Source: a virus
Lineage: Duplodnaviria > Caudoviricetes
DNA: 64,000 nucleotides
Strand: one strand, 5' to 3'
Virus record (IMG/VR): IMGVR_UViG_3300033463_000032
Coordinates: 64,411 to 128,410 of that record
Shown here: positions 49,083 through 59,878 of the stretch, piece by piece
Numbering within the stretch: position 1 is the first letter of the stretch
How the letters are laid out: the number at the start of each line of letters is the position of its first letter
Translations under genes and position numbers: made by a program
The notes under the pieces: model-generated
The model's database searches: none
The model's input: only the letters and a program-made list of their open reading frames with translations
Told to the model about the DNA's origin: nothing

Positions 49083-50754
49083 ATGAGTGAAAATGATGCA
49101 AACAAGGATTTCGAATTAAACGGAGATTTTTGGGTTGTTGAACTTGAACGTAGTCTTACACAATTACATCAAAAGTTAGAAGAACTGGAAAGAAATATTC
49201 GCAATCAGGAAAGAGATTATGAATATTTAAAAAAGGATAAGAATAACACTATCAACTTTCTTCTTGAACAACTTTACAAGACTGGTAGTAAGAAGTTTGG
49301 GAAGTGGGAAGATATTGGTCATAGAGACTTTGTAAAATGCTCTAACTGTGGAGATACACATCTTCCTAACTTTTTCTGTCAAACCTGTGGAAGCATTAAT
49401 AATGTTGAAATGTATTTGTGTTATAAAAAAAGTTCTAAACCTGATGACGAATTAATAAAGTGTATGCAGGAATTACAAGAGGCACAGGAGAAAAACGGTG
49501 TTGAAGGAGAGAAATAATAATGGGTGACTTGGAGGATTTTCTACATAGTAAATCATTTGAGTGTATAGAGACTATTCCTAGGGAGTGTTCAAATTGTTCT
49601 TCTGAAATACATTCAAAGACTTTTGTAAAATGCTGTCCTTATTGTGGGGCTTCACAAGTTACAAAAATTACAGAATCACTGATACAATCTATGGAAGAAA
49701 TTCCTCAACTAATACTAAGTGATTATCTTAACACAAGACTTAACCGTTGGTGTGAACACTGTGAGACAGGAAGACTGGCGCATATAGATGCCCTTCATAG
49801 TAATGCCTGTTGGGGATGTTCGTTTAGATATATGAAGGATTATCGACATGAAGATTGTAAAGAACCGCCTAGAGGATATATTGAAGAGAAGATTCAATCC
49901 TGATATTCCGTTTAGATAATATGAGGACATAAAAGAAAGTGAGGTAATTATTTATGAAAGCATTTGTAGTGATTGATGTACCAGAAGATAAGATTGGAGA
50001 AGAAGTTACTATATTCTTAGATAGAAGATATACAGGTGATGCATATCAAGGATCTATATGGACTAAAAAACTTAGACCTTATCAAAAGTCTGCTTGTGAA
50101 TATTGTTTTCATGGAGAAAAGAAGCAAGAAGATTATCCTTGTAACAAGTGTAAGGAAATTCATGCTTCTACTGAAAACAAATCTTATTTTGAAAAGAAAT
50201 TGAAGAATTATGATAAAGATTTAATTAGTTTGGGTGAACATATAAATAGCAAAGATAAACAGACAGAAAGTTAATTATGGATTTATATTTCAAAGCACTA
50301 ACTCCTAGAGATTTTAAAGATTTTAATCCGGTTGCTACACCATACAAGATATGGTCAGAAGTTCTTAAGCAGCAGTTAAGAATCTATACTTATAAGAATA
50401 AGTCTTATGTGAAAGTTCCTGGATCTTCCTGGTATGAAATCATAAGTAAGAAGAAATATAAATGTGAAAACTTTGAAACTGAAATAGAAATGATATTACC
50501 TATACAGAAAGATGATGAGGATATTTTTTATGAAGTGTGATGCTTGTAAATCTATTTTCACAAAATGTTTTCGTTATGATGCTGATATTTGTGAAACCTG
50601 TAATTGGTATAAACTTTATAAACTTGGCTTTGAAGAGGGCGTTGAAGCTGGAAACTCTGCTTCTCTTGAGTTTATGGAAAAAGAGCTTGGTAATATAGAA
50701 AATAAAGTAAACGGACAACTTTACAGAAACAAGGATAATGATATTGTATGGTAG
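49083..50754 (+). CDS. Cluster of small Cys-rich ORFs (49083-49517, 49520-49903, 49954-50274, 50277-50540, ~50530-50754)
   Basis: Packed ORFs with CxxC motifs. Confidence 0.6.
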
Positions 50755-51137
50755 AAGAACTTATTTATCAGGTTACTATTCCTTTAGAACCTAAGACTAA
50801 GAAAAATCATCAGCAGATTCTTAAAAATAAAAATACTGGTAAGAGATTTATAGCACAAGGACCTGCATATCAACAGTATGAAAAACAGGCCTTATGGTTT
50901 CTTAGACCATTAGGTATTGATTATCCGATTCATATTAAGTGTTTGTTTTATCGGAAAAATAAGCATAAGGTTGATCTTACAAATCTAATGGAAGCTATTA
51001 ATGATATTCTTGTTAAAAAAGGAACTATCAAAGATGATAGTTTTAATATTGTGGTTAGTCTAGATGGTTCCAGAGTTCTCATTGATCCTGAAAATCCCAG
51101 AACTGAGGTTTATATATATAAAATAGAAAATCTCTGA
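50748..51137 (+). CDS. rusA: RusA-family Holliday junction resolvase
   Basis: P.TKKN; DLTNL..A..D.L...G.I.DD; ENPRTEV. Confidence 0.88.
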   Translation: MVEELIYQVTIPLEPKTKKNHQQILKNKNTGKRFIAQGPAYQQYEKQALWFLRPLGIDYPIHIKCLFYRKNKHKVDLTNLMEAINDILVKKGTIKDDSFNIVVSLDGSRVLIDPENPRTEVYIYKIENL

Positions 51138-51154
51138 AATGTGTTTAGTATTAT
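51123..51154 (+). promoter_or_regulatory. Class II promoter for the DNA polymerase gene
   Basis: ATAGAAA-N10-TGTGTT-TAG-TATTAT. Confidence 0.65.
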
Positions 51155-51179
51155 AGAACTTTGAAAGGATTCTATATTA

Positions 51180-54100
51180 ATGAATAAAAGTACTACCATC
51201 ATATGTAAGACTTATAAAGAATTTGATGATTTTCTTAATCATCAGTCTAATTCTGATAATCTTGTAGGGTATGATGTAGAAACAAATGCTAGACCAGTTC
51301 ATTCTAAGGATCATAGAGTTATTGGTTTTTCTTTAGCATATTCATCTGGTATAGGTTGTTATGTACCTCTTAAAGCATTAGATTTTCAAGTTTCTAAACA
51401 AGATGTTATAGACATTAAAAATAGACTTAGTAACATACTTAATACACAAGATGTAATGGTTTATAACTGTATGCATGAATATCCGGTTACACTTAACTGG
51501 CTTAAGTTGGAAATTCCTAAAGTGGAAGATCTGTTTGTTATGGTTAAGTTAATGATGGGTAATGCTGATAAGTATGCAGGTAATGGTGGTCTTAAGATGC
51601 AATCAGTTATGTATCTTGGATATGATAACTGGTCAGATGATGTTCAGCTTTATTTTGAATACATTAGGAATCTTAATAAACATACATCTGAATTAGTATC
51701 ACTTCTTAAGGAATACTATAAAGATTCTGAAATAGAAAACCTTCTAAACCTTATTAAGAAAATCCCGGAAGATGAACTTAAAAGAGATGTTATATCTTAC
51801 GAATACATTCCTTATAAATTAGTTGGTAAGTATGGAGCTTTAGATGTAACAGTTCTATTTGATCTTAAGGATTATTATCTTGAGCAGATAAAAAAAGAAA
51901 ATGAAGCATTAGGGATAGATCTTATCCAGGGATATAAGTACTGGATGAAACATCATTATGCCGGATATATTCTTGAAAGAAATGGTGCTTATTGGAATGA
52001 AGATAAAGTAAAAGAAATTGAAGAATGGTGTATTAACGGAAAAAAGAAATCCTGGAGATTCTTGTTTAAATCATCATTAACACAAGAATGGATAAAGAAA
52101 TCTATTTTTGATGATTATCTTTGTTATCTGATGGTAGAACATACATATCTTCTTTCACCACAATATATTCCTATCAAGGTATATAAGAAAAAGGTAGAAG
52201 TTATATGTACTTCTGGAGAAGCCGAAAAAGAACTTCAAAGAATGAGTTTAGAACCGGAAGCAAAGAAAAACAAAAAAGAAACATCTATTATCTATTCATT
52301 AGAACCCGGAAACTTTTATCATCTTATACAATCTAAGATACAAGATGGTTCTTTTGATGATGCTGCTTGTTTCCAGTCTTTTTATAATAGGAAGATACAA
52401 GAGATCATACTTGAAGATAACGAAAAGAAGTCTACTAAAATCTTTAATCCTAACAGTACAGATAAGGAATTCTATTCTTTTGTTTCTAAGATCCTTGTAA
52501 CTGATGAAATTAAATTGGCCAAGATTTATCATTCCATATTGTCTTTAGCAGATAGTAATCTTTTTGATATTGATATGTATAAGGATTACTTCAACACTAA
52601 GACTAATAAGGTGGATAATTTTTACAAATTTTCAGATAGACCTGCAAATGAGTATTCATTTAGCCAAATTAAAGCCAGAAACCCACATTACACCTTCTTG
52701 GATAATGAGGATAGTAAATTAATCGAAAAAGTATTCAAACTCAATACAAGCGAAACTAGAGCCAAATATCGCATATTCTGTAAATATCTGGAAAAAGTAC
52801 AATATAAACTTACAGATCCTAACTTAAAAAGGATTATAAATGGTTGTATTAATTACAAACTGGAATCTGTAGATGAAGATAATATGATAGACCTTTATAA
52901 ACTGTATAAGTTTGTTGGTTGTGATATAGAAGATACATCTACTTGGACCCCTGGATTTAGGTGGTTGGTTAATCTTCGTTGGTATAAGAAATATAACAAG
53001 ATGTTATCTACTTATATCAATGGTAATAACGGTAGGAAGTCTGTTTGGTATTTGTCTAAAGATTCTTTTGAAAATGGAGATATGATTACTCCCAGACTGT
53101 TTCCTTATTTTTCAGAAGAAGGTGAAAAGATTAGAAATGATCCTAAACTTCTGGAGCAATATGATACAGTTCTTCAAACTAACTTCAAAGTAAATGTAGC
53201 AGATTCCGGTAGATGGACTGCCACAATGCATACACTTCCTGCAGGAACAACAGTTAAGGGTTTTATCACTTCCAGATTTAAAGGTGGAATGATAGCAATG
53301 CCTGACTGTTCACAAGCAGAAGTTAGAATACTTGCTGCTATATCACAAGATGAAAATCTTCTTAATGCTTTTCGTCAAGAAGGTATGGATATTCATAAGT
53401 ATGTGGCCAGTCTTTGTAATAACATACCAATAGAAGAAGTTACACCAGTTCTAAGAAAGATAGCTAAATCAGCAGTATTTGGAATTCTTTATGGAGAACC
53501 ATTGAAATCCTTTGCTATTAAGAATTGTCATGGTGATATAGAACAAGCTAGAAAGATTTATGAATTTTTCTATAATGCATTTCCTAAGATCAAGGAATAT
53601 GTAGAAGATTGTCACAAACAATATCTAGATACAAAGAAAGTTATCTTACCATTAACTCATAGATTTATTGATATGTCTAAACTTAAAGACACATCTGATA
53701 AAGAAAAGCCTTTAAGACAATCACAGAATTTTCCTTGCCAGGGTTGTCTTTTGGGTAACACTATGATTAAAACTTTAGATGGTGAATCAAAACCTATTAA
53801 AAATCTTGTAGGATTGGATAAGTTTTATTTGTATTCTTTTGATCCTTCTAAAGGTAAAATTGTACCTTCTATTGGATATAATGCACATATTACAAAAGAA
53901 GTTTCACAACTGTATAAAGTTACTTTAGATAATGGAGTTTCGATTCTTTGTACTAATAATCATCCCTTTTTACTTAGAACTGGAAATTATGTTAATGCTG
54001 AAAATTTAACTGTAGGTACATCTCTTATGCCTATGTATTGGCATTTTTCTAAAAAAGATGAAGTTAGAGGTATTGGTAATGGATATGAAATCATTGATCA

Positions 54101-55127
54101 AATAACTGGTAAAAAAGAACCAACTTATAGATTAGTTACAGAAGAATTTAATATTCCTAATGATAATGAATCAGAAAAACAAAAGACTTCTCGTTTGGCT
54201 GCATTAAAACAAGGTCATAATAGTGATACTGCTATTCAGAATCATGCTAAGGCTTCTGTTTCCAGAGAAGCTGATCCGATATATAACTTTAATCGCATAA
54301 AGAAACAATTAGGTTATATGTATCAACTTGGTATAGATTGGACTGATCTTAAAAACTGGGATAATAAGACTGTTAAAGGGCAAGTTATAGCACTAGGTTT
54401 AAATCCTATGAATTATCGTAGCTCAAAACAAATAGATAAGATTGGATATGACTTATTTATTGAACTTGGTACAGAATATCTTAGAACTTATAATCATAAA
54501 GTTACTAATATTGAAGTAATAACTTATGATACTCCAATACCAGTATATGATCTTACTGTACCTGGATATGATAATTTTGTTATTGATCTAGGTGATAATT
54601 CTGGTGTTGTAGTTCATAATAGTTGCGTTGATGTAGCAGGTCTTATTCTTTATGAAATTTGTATCTATATAGCAAAAGAAAAGATGAAATCAAAACCATT
54701 CTGTTTCATTCATGACAGTATTGAGATCGATATTCATCCAGATGAATTGTTTAAAATGCTAGATCAGTTAAAACCAATTTTTAATGAATATCCGGATAAG
54801 GAATTTGGTGTACCTATGGCATCTGATATAGTATTTAGTTGTCATATGGGAGCAGAAATTGATGTAGTGAACTTAGAGCATGATTCTGAATACAATGATG
54901 TATGGATTACTCTTAAAGGCTTTAAATGTGATATAGATGAAGTTATTGAACATTGGAATGAAGTCTATGATTTAGTAGAAAAAGATATTAATTTTGAAGA
55001 AGAATCTAAAGATGAGTATGTACCAATGGAAGGATTATTTACTCCTAAAGTAACCATTAGTAAAGAATTTGGTACTACTAAGCAAAAACTCAAAACCAGA
55101 TATCATGTTGTTAGAAAGTTGAGGTGA
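51180..55127 (+). CDS. Family A DNA polymerase with 3'-5' exonuclease, intein-containing
   Basis: ExoI YDVET, ExoIII YGALD; SGR; motif A DCSQAEVRILA; motif B R..AK...FGILYG; motif C IHDSI. Confidence 0.95.
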   Translation: MNKSTTIICKTYKEFDDFLNHQSNSDNLVGYDVETNARPVHSKDHRVIGFSLAYSSGIGCYVPLKALDFQVSKQDVIDIKNRLSNILNTQDVMVYNCMHEYPVTLNWLKLEIPKVEDLFVMVKLMMGNADKYAGNGGLKMQSVMYLGYDNWSDDVQLYFEYIRNLNKHTSELVSLLKEYYKDSEIENLLNLIKKIPEDELKRDVISYEYIPYKLVGKYGALDVTVLFDLKDYYLEQIKKENEALGIDLIQGYKYWMKHHYAGYILERNGAYWNEDKVKEIEEWCINGKKKSWRFLFKSSLTQEWIKKSIFDDYLCYLMVEHTYLLSPQYIPIKVYKKKVEVICTSGEAEKELQRMSLEPEAKKNKKETSIIYSLEPGNFYHLIQSKIQDGSFDDAACFQSFYNRKIQEIILEDNEKKSTKIFNPNSTDKEFYSFVSKILVTDEIKLAKIYHSILSLADSNLFDIDMYKDYFNTKTNKVDNFYKFSDRPANEYSFSQIKARNPHYTFLDNEDSKLIEKVFKLNTSETRAKYRIFCKYLEKVQYKLTDPNLKRIINGCINYKLESVDEDNMIDLYKLYKFVGCDIEDTSTWTPGFRWLVNLRWYKKYNKMLSTYINGNNGRKSVWYLSKDSFENGDMITPRLFPYFSEEGEKIRNDPKLLEQYDTVLQTNFKVNVADSGRWTATMHTLPAGTTVKGFITSRFKGGMIAMPDCSQAEVRILAAISQDENLLNAFRQEGMDIHKYVASLCNNIPIEEVTPVLRKIAKSAVFGILYGEPLKSFAIKNCHGDIEQARKIYEFFYNAFPKIKEYVEDCHKQYLDTKKVILPLTHRFIDMSKLKDTSDKEKPLRQSQNFPCQGCLLGNTMIKTLDGESKPIKNLVGLDKFYLYSFDPSKGKIVPSIGYNAHITKEVSQLYKVTLDNGVSILCTNNHPFLLRTGNYVNAENLTVGTSLMPMYWHFSKKDEVRGIGNGYEIIDQITGKKEPTYRLVTEEFNIPNDNESEKQKTSRLAALKQGHNSDTAIQNHAKASVSREADPIYNFNRIKKQLGYMYQLGIDWTDLKNWDNKTVKGQVIALGLNPMNYRSSKQIDKIGYDLFIELGTEYLRTYNHKVTNIEVITYDTPIPVYDLTVPGYDNFVIDLGDNSGVVVHNSCVDVAGLILYEICIYIAKEKMKSKPFCFIHDSIEIDIHPDELFKMLDQLKPIFNEYPDKEFGVPMASDIVFSCHMGAEIDVVNLEHDSEYNDVWITLKGFKCDIDEVIEHWNEVYDLVEKDINFEEESKDEYVPMEGLFTPKVTISKEFGTTKQKLKTRYHVVRKLR
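53745..54620 (+). mobile_element. Intein (292 aa) in the DNA polymerase, endonuclease apparently degenerate
   Basis: NFPCQG|CLLGNT...CTNNHPF (block B)...VYDLTV...VVVHN|S. Confidence 0.95.
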
Positions 55128-55131
55128 TCAG

Positions 55132-55973
55132 ATGGAAAAGACTTTAGATGAAAATATTGCTAGTCTTAAGGAACAAGCACAAAAGTTAAGAAATGTTGTT
55201 GCTATTAAGCATAATGATAATCTTACTACTATTTTCCGGTATATCTACGGTATAGGTGAAGATGTTAAGTTAGATGCTGATTTTTTAGAGGCAGCAAGTC
55301 AAATTGATAGTATTGTTAAATTACTAGAAGAACTTAAGGAATTAAGAAACCAGGAAAGAGAGTTTGAAGATGAACAAGAAGAAACGTGAAGAAAATAAGG
55401 AGCTTAATGAATTATTTCAGATATTCTTAAAGTATGAATTTGAGAACTGGATGCATGATCTTGAAATAAGGTATGGTGAAAGAGTTGCTATGCTTCATTG
55501 TTCACCAGAAAACTTTGAGAAATATGTTAATTCCTGGTCTGATTCTGTTCTTCAAAAAAGATTTGAGCATTTTATAGCAATTTTTGAAAAATCCCTAGAT
55601 AAAGCAGAAACTGTTTTACATCAAGAAAAATCTAAATCTTGATAAATGTGTTATTTATTATGATTGGAGTGTGAGTATGATTTTAAGATCTATGGATGAC
55701 TATATAAAGGAAAAAGCCTCATATCTTCTAGAACATGGTAACGGATATGTTATGGATATCCAAAACTATTACAAGGGAGATCAGTTGTCTACTTATAGGA
55801 ATTATCTATGCCCGGATGGTTCCTTGTGGGAAGAAATATTATCTACTACTTCTGAAATAGCAACTATTAAAAAGGATAATGTTGAAACTCAAATTAAGGT
55901 AGATGTATTAAAAACGGAGTATTGGAATTCAGAAGAAAATGAACATAAGTATGTTATGGAACAAAGTAGGTGA
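55132..55973 (+). CDS. Three hypothetical ORFs (55132-55389, 55364-55642, 55671-55973)
   Basis: Packed ORFs. Confidence 0.6.
55630..55661 (+). promoter_or_regulatory. Class II promoter
   Basis: ATCTAAA-N10-TGTGTT-ATT-TATTAT. Confidence 0.75.
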
Positions 55974-56140
55974 TATAAATGCCACATAGAGATGAATATA
56001 CTTATGAAGAAGAACAACAAGTTCTATTGGATCTTGAAGAAAAAGAATATGAAGAAAAACTTTTAAATTTACAAGAGCTTGATTTAGAACTTAAATTAAA
56101 TGAACCATCAAAACAATAAAATATATGGAGGTACTTAAAA

Positions 56141-56749
56141 ATGAGTATGTTTGAAAACATGATGGGTAAGATTGGTCCGGGTATGTGCAGACTTAGTATG
56201 TCTGGTGGTATCGCTATTAAGACTAAGAATGGTTACAAGTCTTATGATGTAAAGAAAGGCAAGCTTACTAACTGTACTAATTTTGTATTTAATATGGATG
56301 GTATGGATATGTTTTTTATGATCCCTACTAACCATGTTAAGACTGGTGATATCATTATTGCTAATGGTACGCCTAAGTGTGTTATTGAAGTCAATAAAGA
56401 TAAGAGTATCAAGTGTTTGGATTATGAAGATAGCCGTATTGATACTATTGTTCCGGAAAGGCATGTATTCCTTGGAAATACTTATTTCTATGGTAAGATT
56501 GTTTCTCTGTTTGGTGATTCTCTTAAGTCTGGTAAAGGCAATAGCACCATTATGAAGTGGATGATGCTTTCTTCTATGATGGGTAATAAGTCCGGTGGAC
56601 TTGGTGATATGAATTCTATGCTCCCTATGATGATGTTCATGGGTGGTGAGAAAAATCTTTTTAATGATATGTTTGATTCTTTGTCACTTGATGATGTTTG
56701 TGATGTTGATGAAGAAGATGAGGATGAAGAAGAGGATAAGGAGGAATAA
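56141..56749 (+). CDS. Met/Gly-rich hypothetical protein coupled to the vWA gene
   Basis: GGAGG RBS; MLPMMMFMGG low-complexity segment; acidic tail. Confidence 0.8.
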   Translation: MSMFENMMGKIGPGMCRLSMSGGIAIKTKNGYKSYDVKKGKLTNCTNFVFNMDGMDMFFMIPTNHVKTGDIIIANGTPKCVIEVNKDKSIKCLDYEDSRIDTIVPERHVFLGNTYFYGKIVSLFGDSLKSGKGNSTIMKWMMLSSMMGNKSGGLGDMNSMLPMMMFMGGEKNLFNDMFDSLSLDDVCDVDEEDEDEEEDKEE

Positions 56750-56752
56750 TCT

Positions 56753-57649
56753 ATGGGTGGTGGTTCTTGGTCCCATAAGGACTTTGTAACATATTCTACT
56801 AGTGTTGGTAGATCTGTAGCTACTGACGGTAGTCTTTCTGGTAAATATTCTAATCAGGATATCTTCAAATCAAGAAATCTACATGAAGATCTTGATCCAT
56901 ATGAAGTAACAAGAGAGTGTTGCGATTCAAATGAACATCCTAATACTATTCCTGTAATTCTGGCTCTTGATGTGACCGGATCAATGGGACAAGCAGCAGT
57001 AGAAGTTGCTAAGAAACTCAATGTTGTAATGACAGATCTTTACAAGGAAGTTAAAGATGTTGAATTTATGATTATGGGCATTGGTGATTTTTATTGTGAT
57101 GCTTCACCATTACAGGTGAGCCAGTTTGAATCAGATATCAGAATTGCAGAACAACTTGATAAAGTTTGGTTTGAGTTTGGTGGTGGTGGAAATGATTACG
57201 AATCATATACTGCTGCTTGGTATTTTGCATCTAGGCATTGTAATCTGGATTGTTGGAAACGTGGTAAGAAAGGAATTATCATTACCATTGGTGATGAAAC
57301 TCTTAATCCATATTTGCAAAGTGCAAAAATACAGAGGTGTATAGGTGATAATCTCCAAAGTGATGTAGACACCAAACTTCTTTATGAAGAAACAAAATCA
57401 AAGTATGATGTTTATCATATTCATGTAGATCATAGTAATTATTCTTATCATTCTTGGGAACATTGTGGCCCTACATTTAAGAAAGTTCTTGGAGATGAAT
57501 ATGTAATCAATTCTAATCTGAATAATATTGCAGAAAAGATTACTGAACTTATTGTTAATACTGCTAAGAACCAGGATAGTTTTAATATCACAGTTCCGGT
57601 TACATCTACATCAGTAACTAAGAATGAAAATGGTGAAATAACATGGTAA
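56753..57649 (+). CDS. vWA-domain protein
   Basis: MIDAS LDVTGSM; GGGGN..ESY; IGDE; MGGGSW N-terminus. Confidence 0.88.
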   Translation: MGGGSWSHKDFVTYSTSVGRSVATDGSLSGKYSNQDIFKSRNLHEDLDPYEVTRECCDSNEHPNTIPVILALDVTGSMGQAAVEVAKKLNVVMTDLYKEVKDVEFMIMGIGDFYCDASPLQVSQFESDIRIAEQLDKVWFEFGGGGNDYESYTAAWYFASRHCNLDCWKRGKKGIIITIGDETLNPYLQSAKIQRCIGDNLQSDVDTKLLYEETKSKYDVYHIHVDHSNYSYHSWEHCGPTFKKVLGDEYVINSNLNNIAEKITELIVNTAKNQDSFNITVPVTSTSVTKNENGEITW

Positions 57650-58815
57650 AGAAGGTTTCTGTAGTAATTGGTGCTAATTGGGGAGATGAAGGTAAGGGAC
57701 TCGTAACAGACAGGCTCTGTTGCGAGTATTCCTCTTCTGGATCAGTTCTTAATGTCCTCACTAATGGTGGTTGTCAACGTGGTCATACCGTAATGCATAA
57801 TGATAAAAGAACCGTCTTTTCACATCTGGGTTCTGGTTTCTTCTATGCTGATTCTTATTTTTCAGAATTCTATATGGTTAATCCAATGATATTCTGTAAG
57901 GAATATGATAAATTTCTTTCAGACAATCTTAATGAACCTAGTGTGACATTTAGAAGGGTTTTTGTAGATCCTGATTGTGTTATAACTACTCCCTATGACA
58001 TGCTTGTTAATAGGATGATAGTAAACAGAAAATCTGAAACCAATTCTTGTGGTTATGGTATTTGGGAAACTAAAGTAAGAACTGAACAGATGCCAGCACT
58101 TAACTTTTGTAAATGGAGATTTCTTGTTTTGTTGGATCGTGAAGAATTGTTAGAAATAATTTTAAAGATCAGAACATATTCTTTAGATCGGCTTGCTTCC
58201 TATGGAGTAAAGATGACTGATGCAGAAAAAGATTTATTCTTTTCAGATATTCTACTTAATAATTATGTAGATGATTGTATGAGAATGATGAAGATAACTA
58301 CTGTAGCTCCATTTAATTATCTTTTTGGGATGTATGATTATGTAGTATTCGAAAATGCACAAGGCTTATTGTTGGATATGGATATTAATCCAGAAGGAAC
58401 ACCAAGTAATACCGGAATGAAGTATGTAAATATTATTCTTGATAAACTGGGAACTAAAGACTTTTCAGTTACACCTTATTATGTTACAAGATCCTACCTT
58501 ACTAAGCATGGTAGCGGAGATTTCCGGGAAGAATGTATGAAAAAAGAAATAAATCCGGATATGGTGGATCTTACTAATGTTCCTAATGATTACCAAGGAA
58601 TATTAAGATATGGTAAGTTTGATGATCAGAGCATTGTTGATCTTATAACAAGAATAGGTGAAGATGCTAAGGATATTTCCTGGAAACTTGTAGTGACACA
58701 TTGGAATGAATATCAAGAAGAAAGATTGCGTGAATTTGCTGATTTTATATCTTGTGCAGAAGATGATTTTGGGTTGATGCAGCAGAAGCAAGAAAATTTC
58801 CGCCATTTATATTAG
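57643..58815 (+). CDS. Divergent adenylosuccinate synthetase (PurA)-family protein
   Basis: GANWGDEGKG, GG.Q.GHTV, HLGSG, FENAQGLLLD, VTRSYLTKHG.G. Confidence 0.88.
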   Translation: MVKKVSVVIGANWGDEGKGLVTDRLCCEYSSSGSVLNVLTNGGCQRGHTVMHNDKRTVFSHLGSGFFYADSYFSEFYMVNPMIFCKEYDKFLSDNLNEPSVTFRRVFVDPDCVITTPYDMLVNRMIVNRKSETNSCGYGIWETKVRTEQMPALNFCKWRFLVLLDREELLEIILKIRTYSLDRLASYGVKMTDAEKDLFFSDILLNNYVDDCMRMMKITTVAPFNYLFGMYDYVVFENAQGLLLDMDINPEGTPSNTGMKYVNIILDKLGTKDFSVTPYYVTRSYLTKHGSGDFREECMKKEINPDMVDLTNVPNDYQGILRYGKFDDQSIVDLITRIGEDAKDISWKLVVTHWNEYQEERLREFADFISCAEDDFGLMQQKQENFRHLY

Positions 58816-58876
58816 ATGATGGTGTTAAAAAGGGAACATATCTTATACCATCAGAATATAACAGAGGAAAAATAAA

Positions 58877-59224
58877 ATGATTAATTATTGCGAAGACTGT
58901 AGATATTGCCAAGATGATCATTGTAGAAATATTCGTGGTCTTGCAAGAGGTACTTCTTGTATTGATCCTAAGAAAGACTATTGTTCAAGATTCGAAACAA
59001 AACAGACAATTCATGTTGGTGATGAAGTAAAATATGATGATCAGATTTGGATTGTTCTTACAGAGTCTGATCCTGATTTTTATATGCATATTTGGAATGG
59101 TAAGAAGGTTTACTACCAGAATATGTATGACTTAGAAAAAACAGGGAACATACAACAGGATTTTGTTAATACAGAAAAGGCTCTTTTATTGAAGAATTAT
59201 GAGGGGGTTAAGGATAATGAGTAA
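58877..59224 (+). CDS. Hypothetical Cys-rich protein
   Basis: CEDCRYC...YCSR. Confidence 0.6.
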   Translation: MINYCEDCRYCQDDHCRNIRGLARGTSCIDPKKDYCSRFETKQTIHVGDEVKYDDQIWIVLTESDPDFYMHIWNGKKVYYQNMYDLEKTGNIQQDFVNTEKALLLKNYEGVKDNE

Positions 59225-59429
59225 TGATAATACATCAAAAGGTAGTGATATTAGTTTAGGTGGACTTTTTATTGTTTTATTAACCATAGTGTTTATAGTT
59301 CTTAAGCTTTGCCATGTAATAGAATGGTCTTGGGTATGGGTATTAAGTCCTTTGTGGATTAGTGCCGGAGTAGTGATTTTGTTCCTTCTGGTGTTTTTTA
59401 CTTTGATTTTTATAGGATCAAGAAATTAA
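59217..59429 (+). CDS. Small membrane protein
   Basis: LTIVFIVLKL..VI.WSW.WVLSPLWI motif common in phages. Confidence 0.75.
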   Translation: MSNDNTSKGSDISLGGLFIVLLTIVFIVLKLCHVIEWSWVWVLSPLWISAGVVILFLLVFFTLIFIGSRN

Positions 59430-59466
59430 TAAAGAAATTGGAAATATTTAGTGAGGTGAAGGAAAG

Positions 59467-59865
59467 ATGAAACGTATTTGTAGTGTTGTATTAATTATGG
59501 TTATGGTTATCTGTATTGGTTTCACAGTAGTATCTTGCCGTGAAGCAAACAGAGTGTCCCACAATGTATCGAAAGAAGCTGATAACTTTAATGTTCTTAG
59601 ACGGTTTACTGTAATTAATACTAGAACCGATAAAGTTGAATTTGAGGTTATTGGAAACTTTTCTCTTGATGCTAGTGCATATCCAAAGATTTCAATAATT
59701 GTTGAAAAAGAACCTGGAGTGTATTTGAAACATATTATAGGCCTTAATGAAAATACTTTTTATGTAGTTGAAGATATTGGTGGTGCAGAAGTTGATCAGT
59801 ACAGATATGAAGTAAACTATATACCGGAAATGGTAATGCCTATTGATATTACAAGTAATGATTAA
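59467..59865 (+). CDS. Putative lipoprotein
   Basis: Signal peptide ending VVSC; EANRVS.NVSKEADNFNV.RR motif. Confidence 0.7.
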   Translation: MKRICSVVLIMVMVICIGFTVVSCREANRVSHNVSKEADNFNVLRRFTVINTRTDKVEFEVIGNFSLDASAYPKISIIVEKEPGVYLKHIIGLNENTFYVVEDIGGAEVDQYRYEVNYIPEMVMPIDITSND

Positions 59866-59878
59866 GCGAGGATAATAT

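Noticed and set aside
57643-58815. PurZ / 2-aminoadenine (Z) genome pathway
   Set aside because: P-loop retains Asp (GDEGKG) rather than the PurZ Ser; no adjacent MazZ/DatZ-like genes recognised; the HD protein lies 10 kb away and looks DUF5662-like
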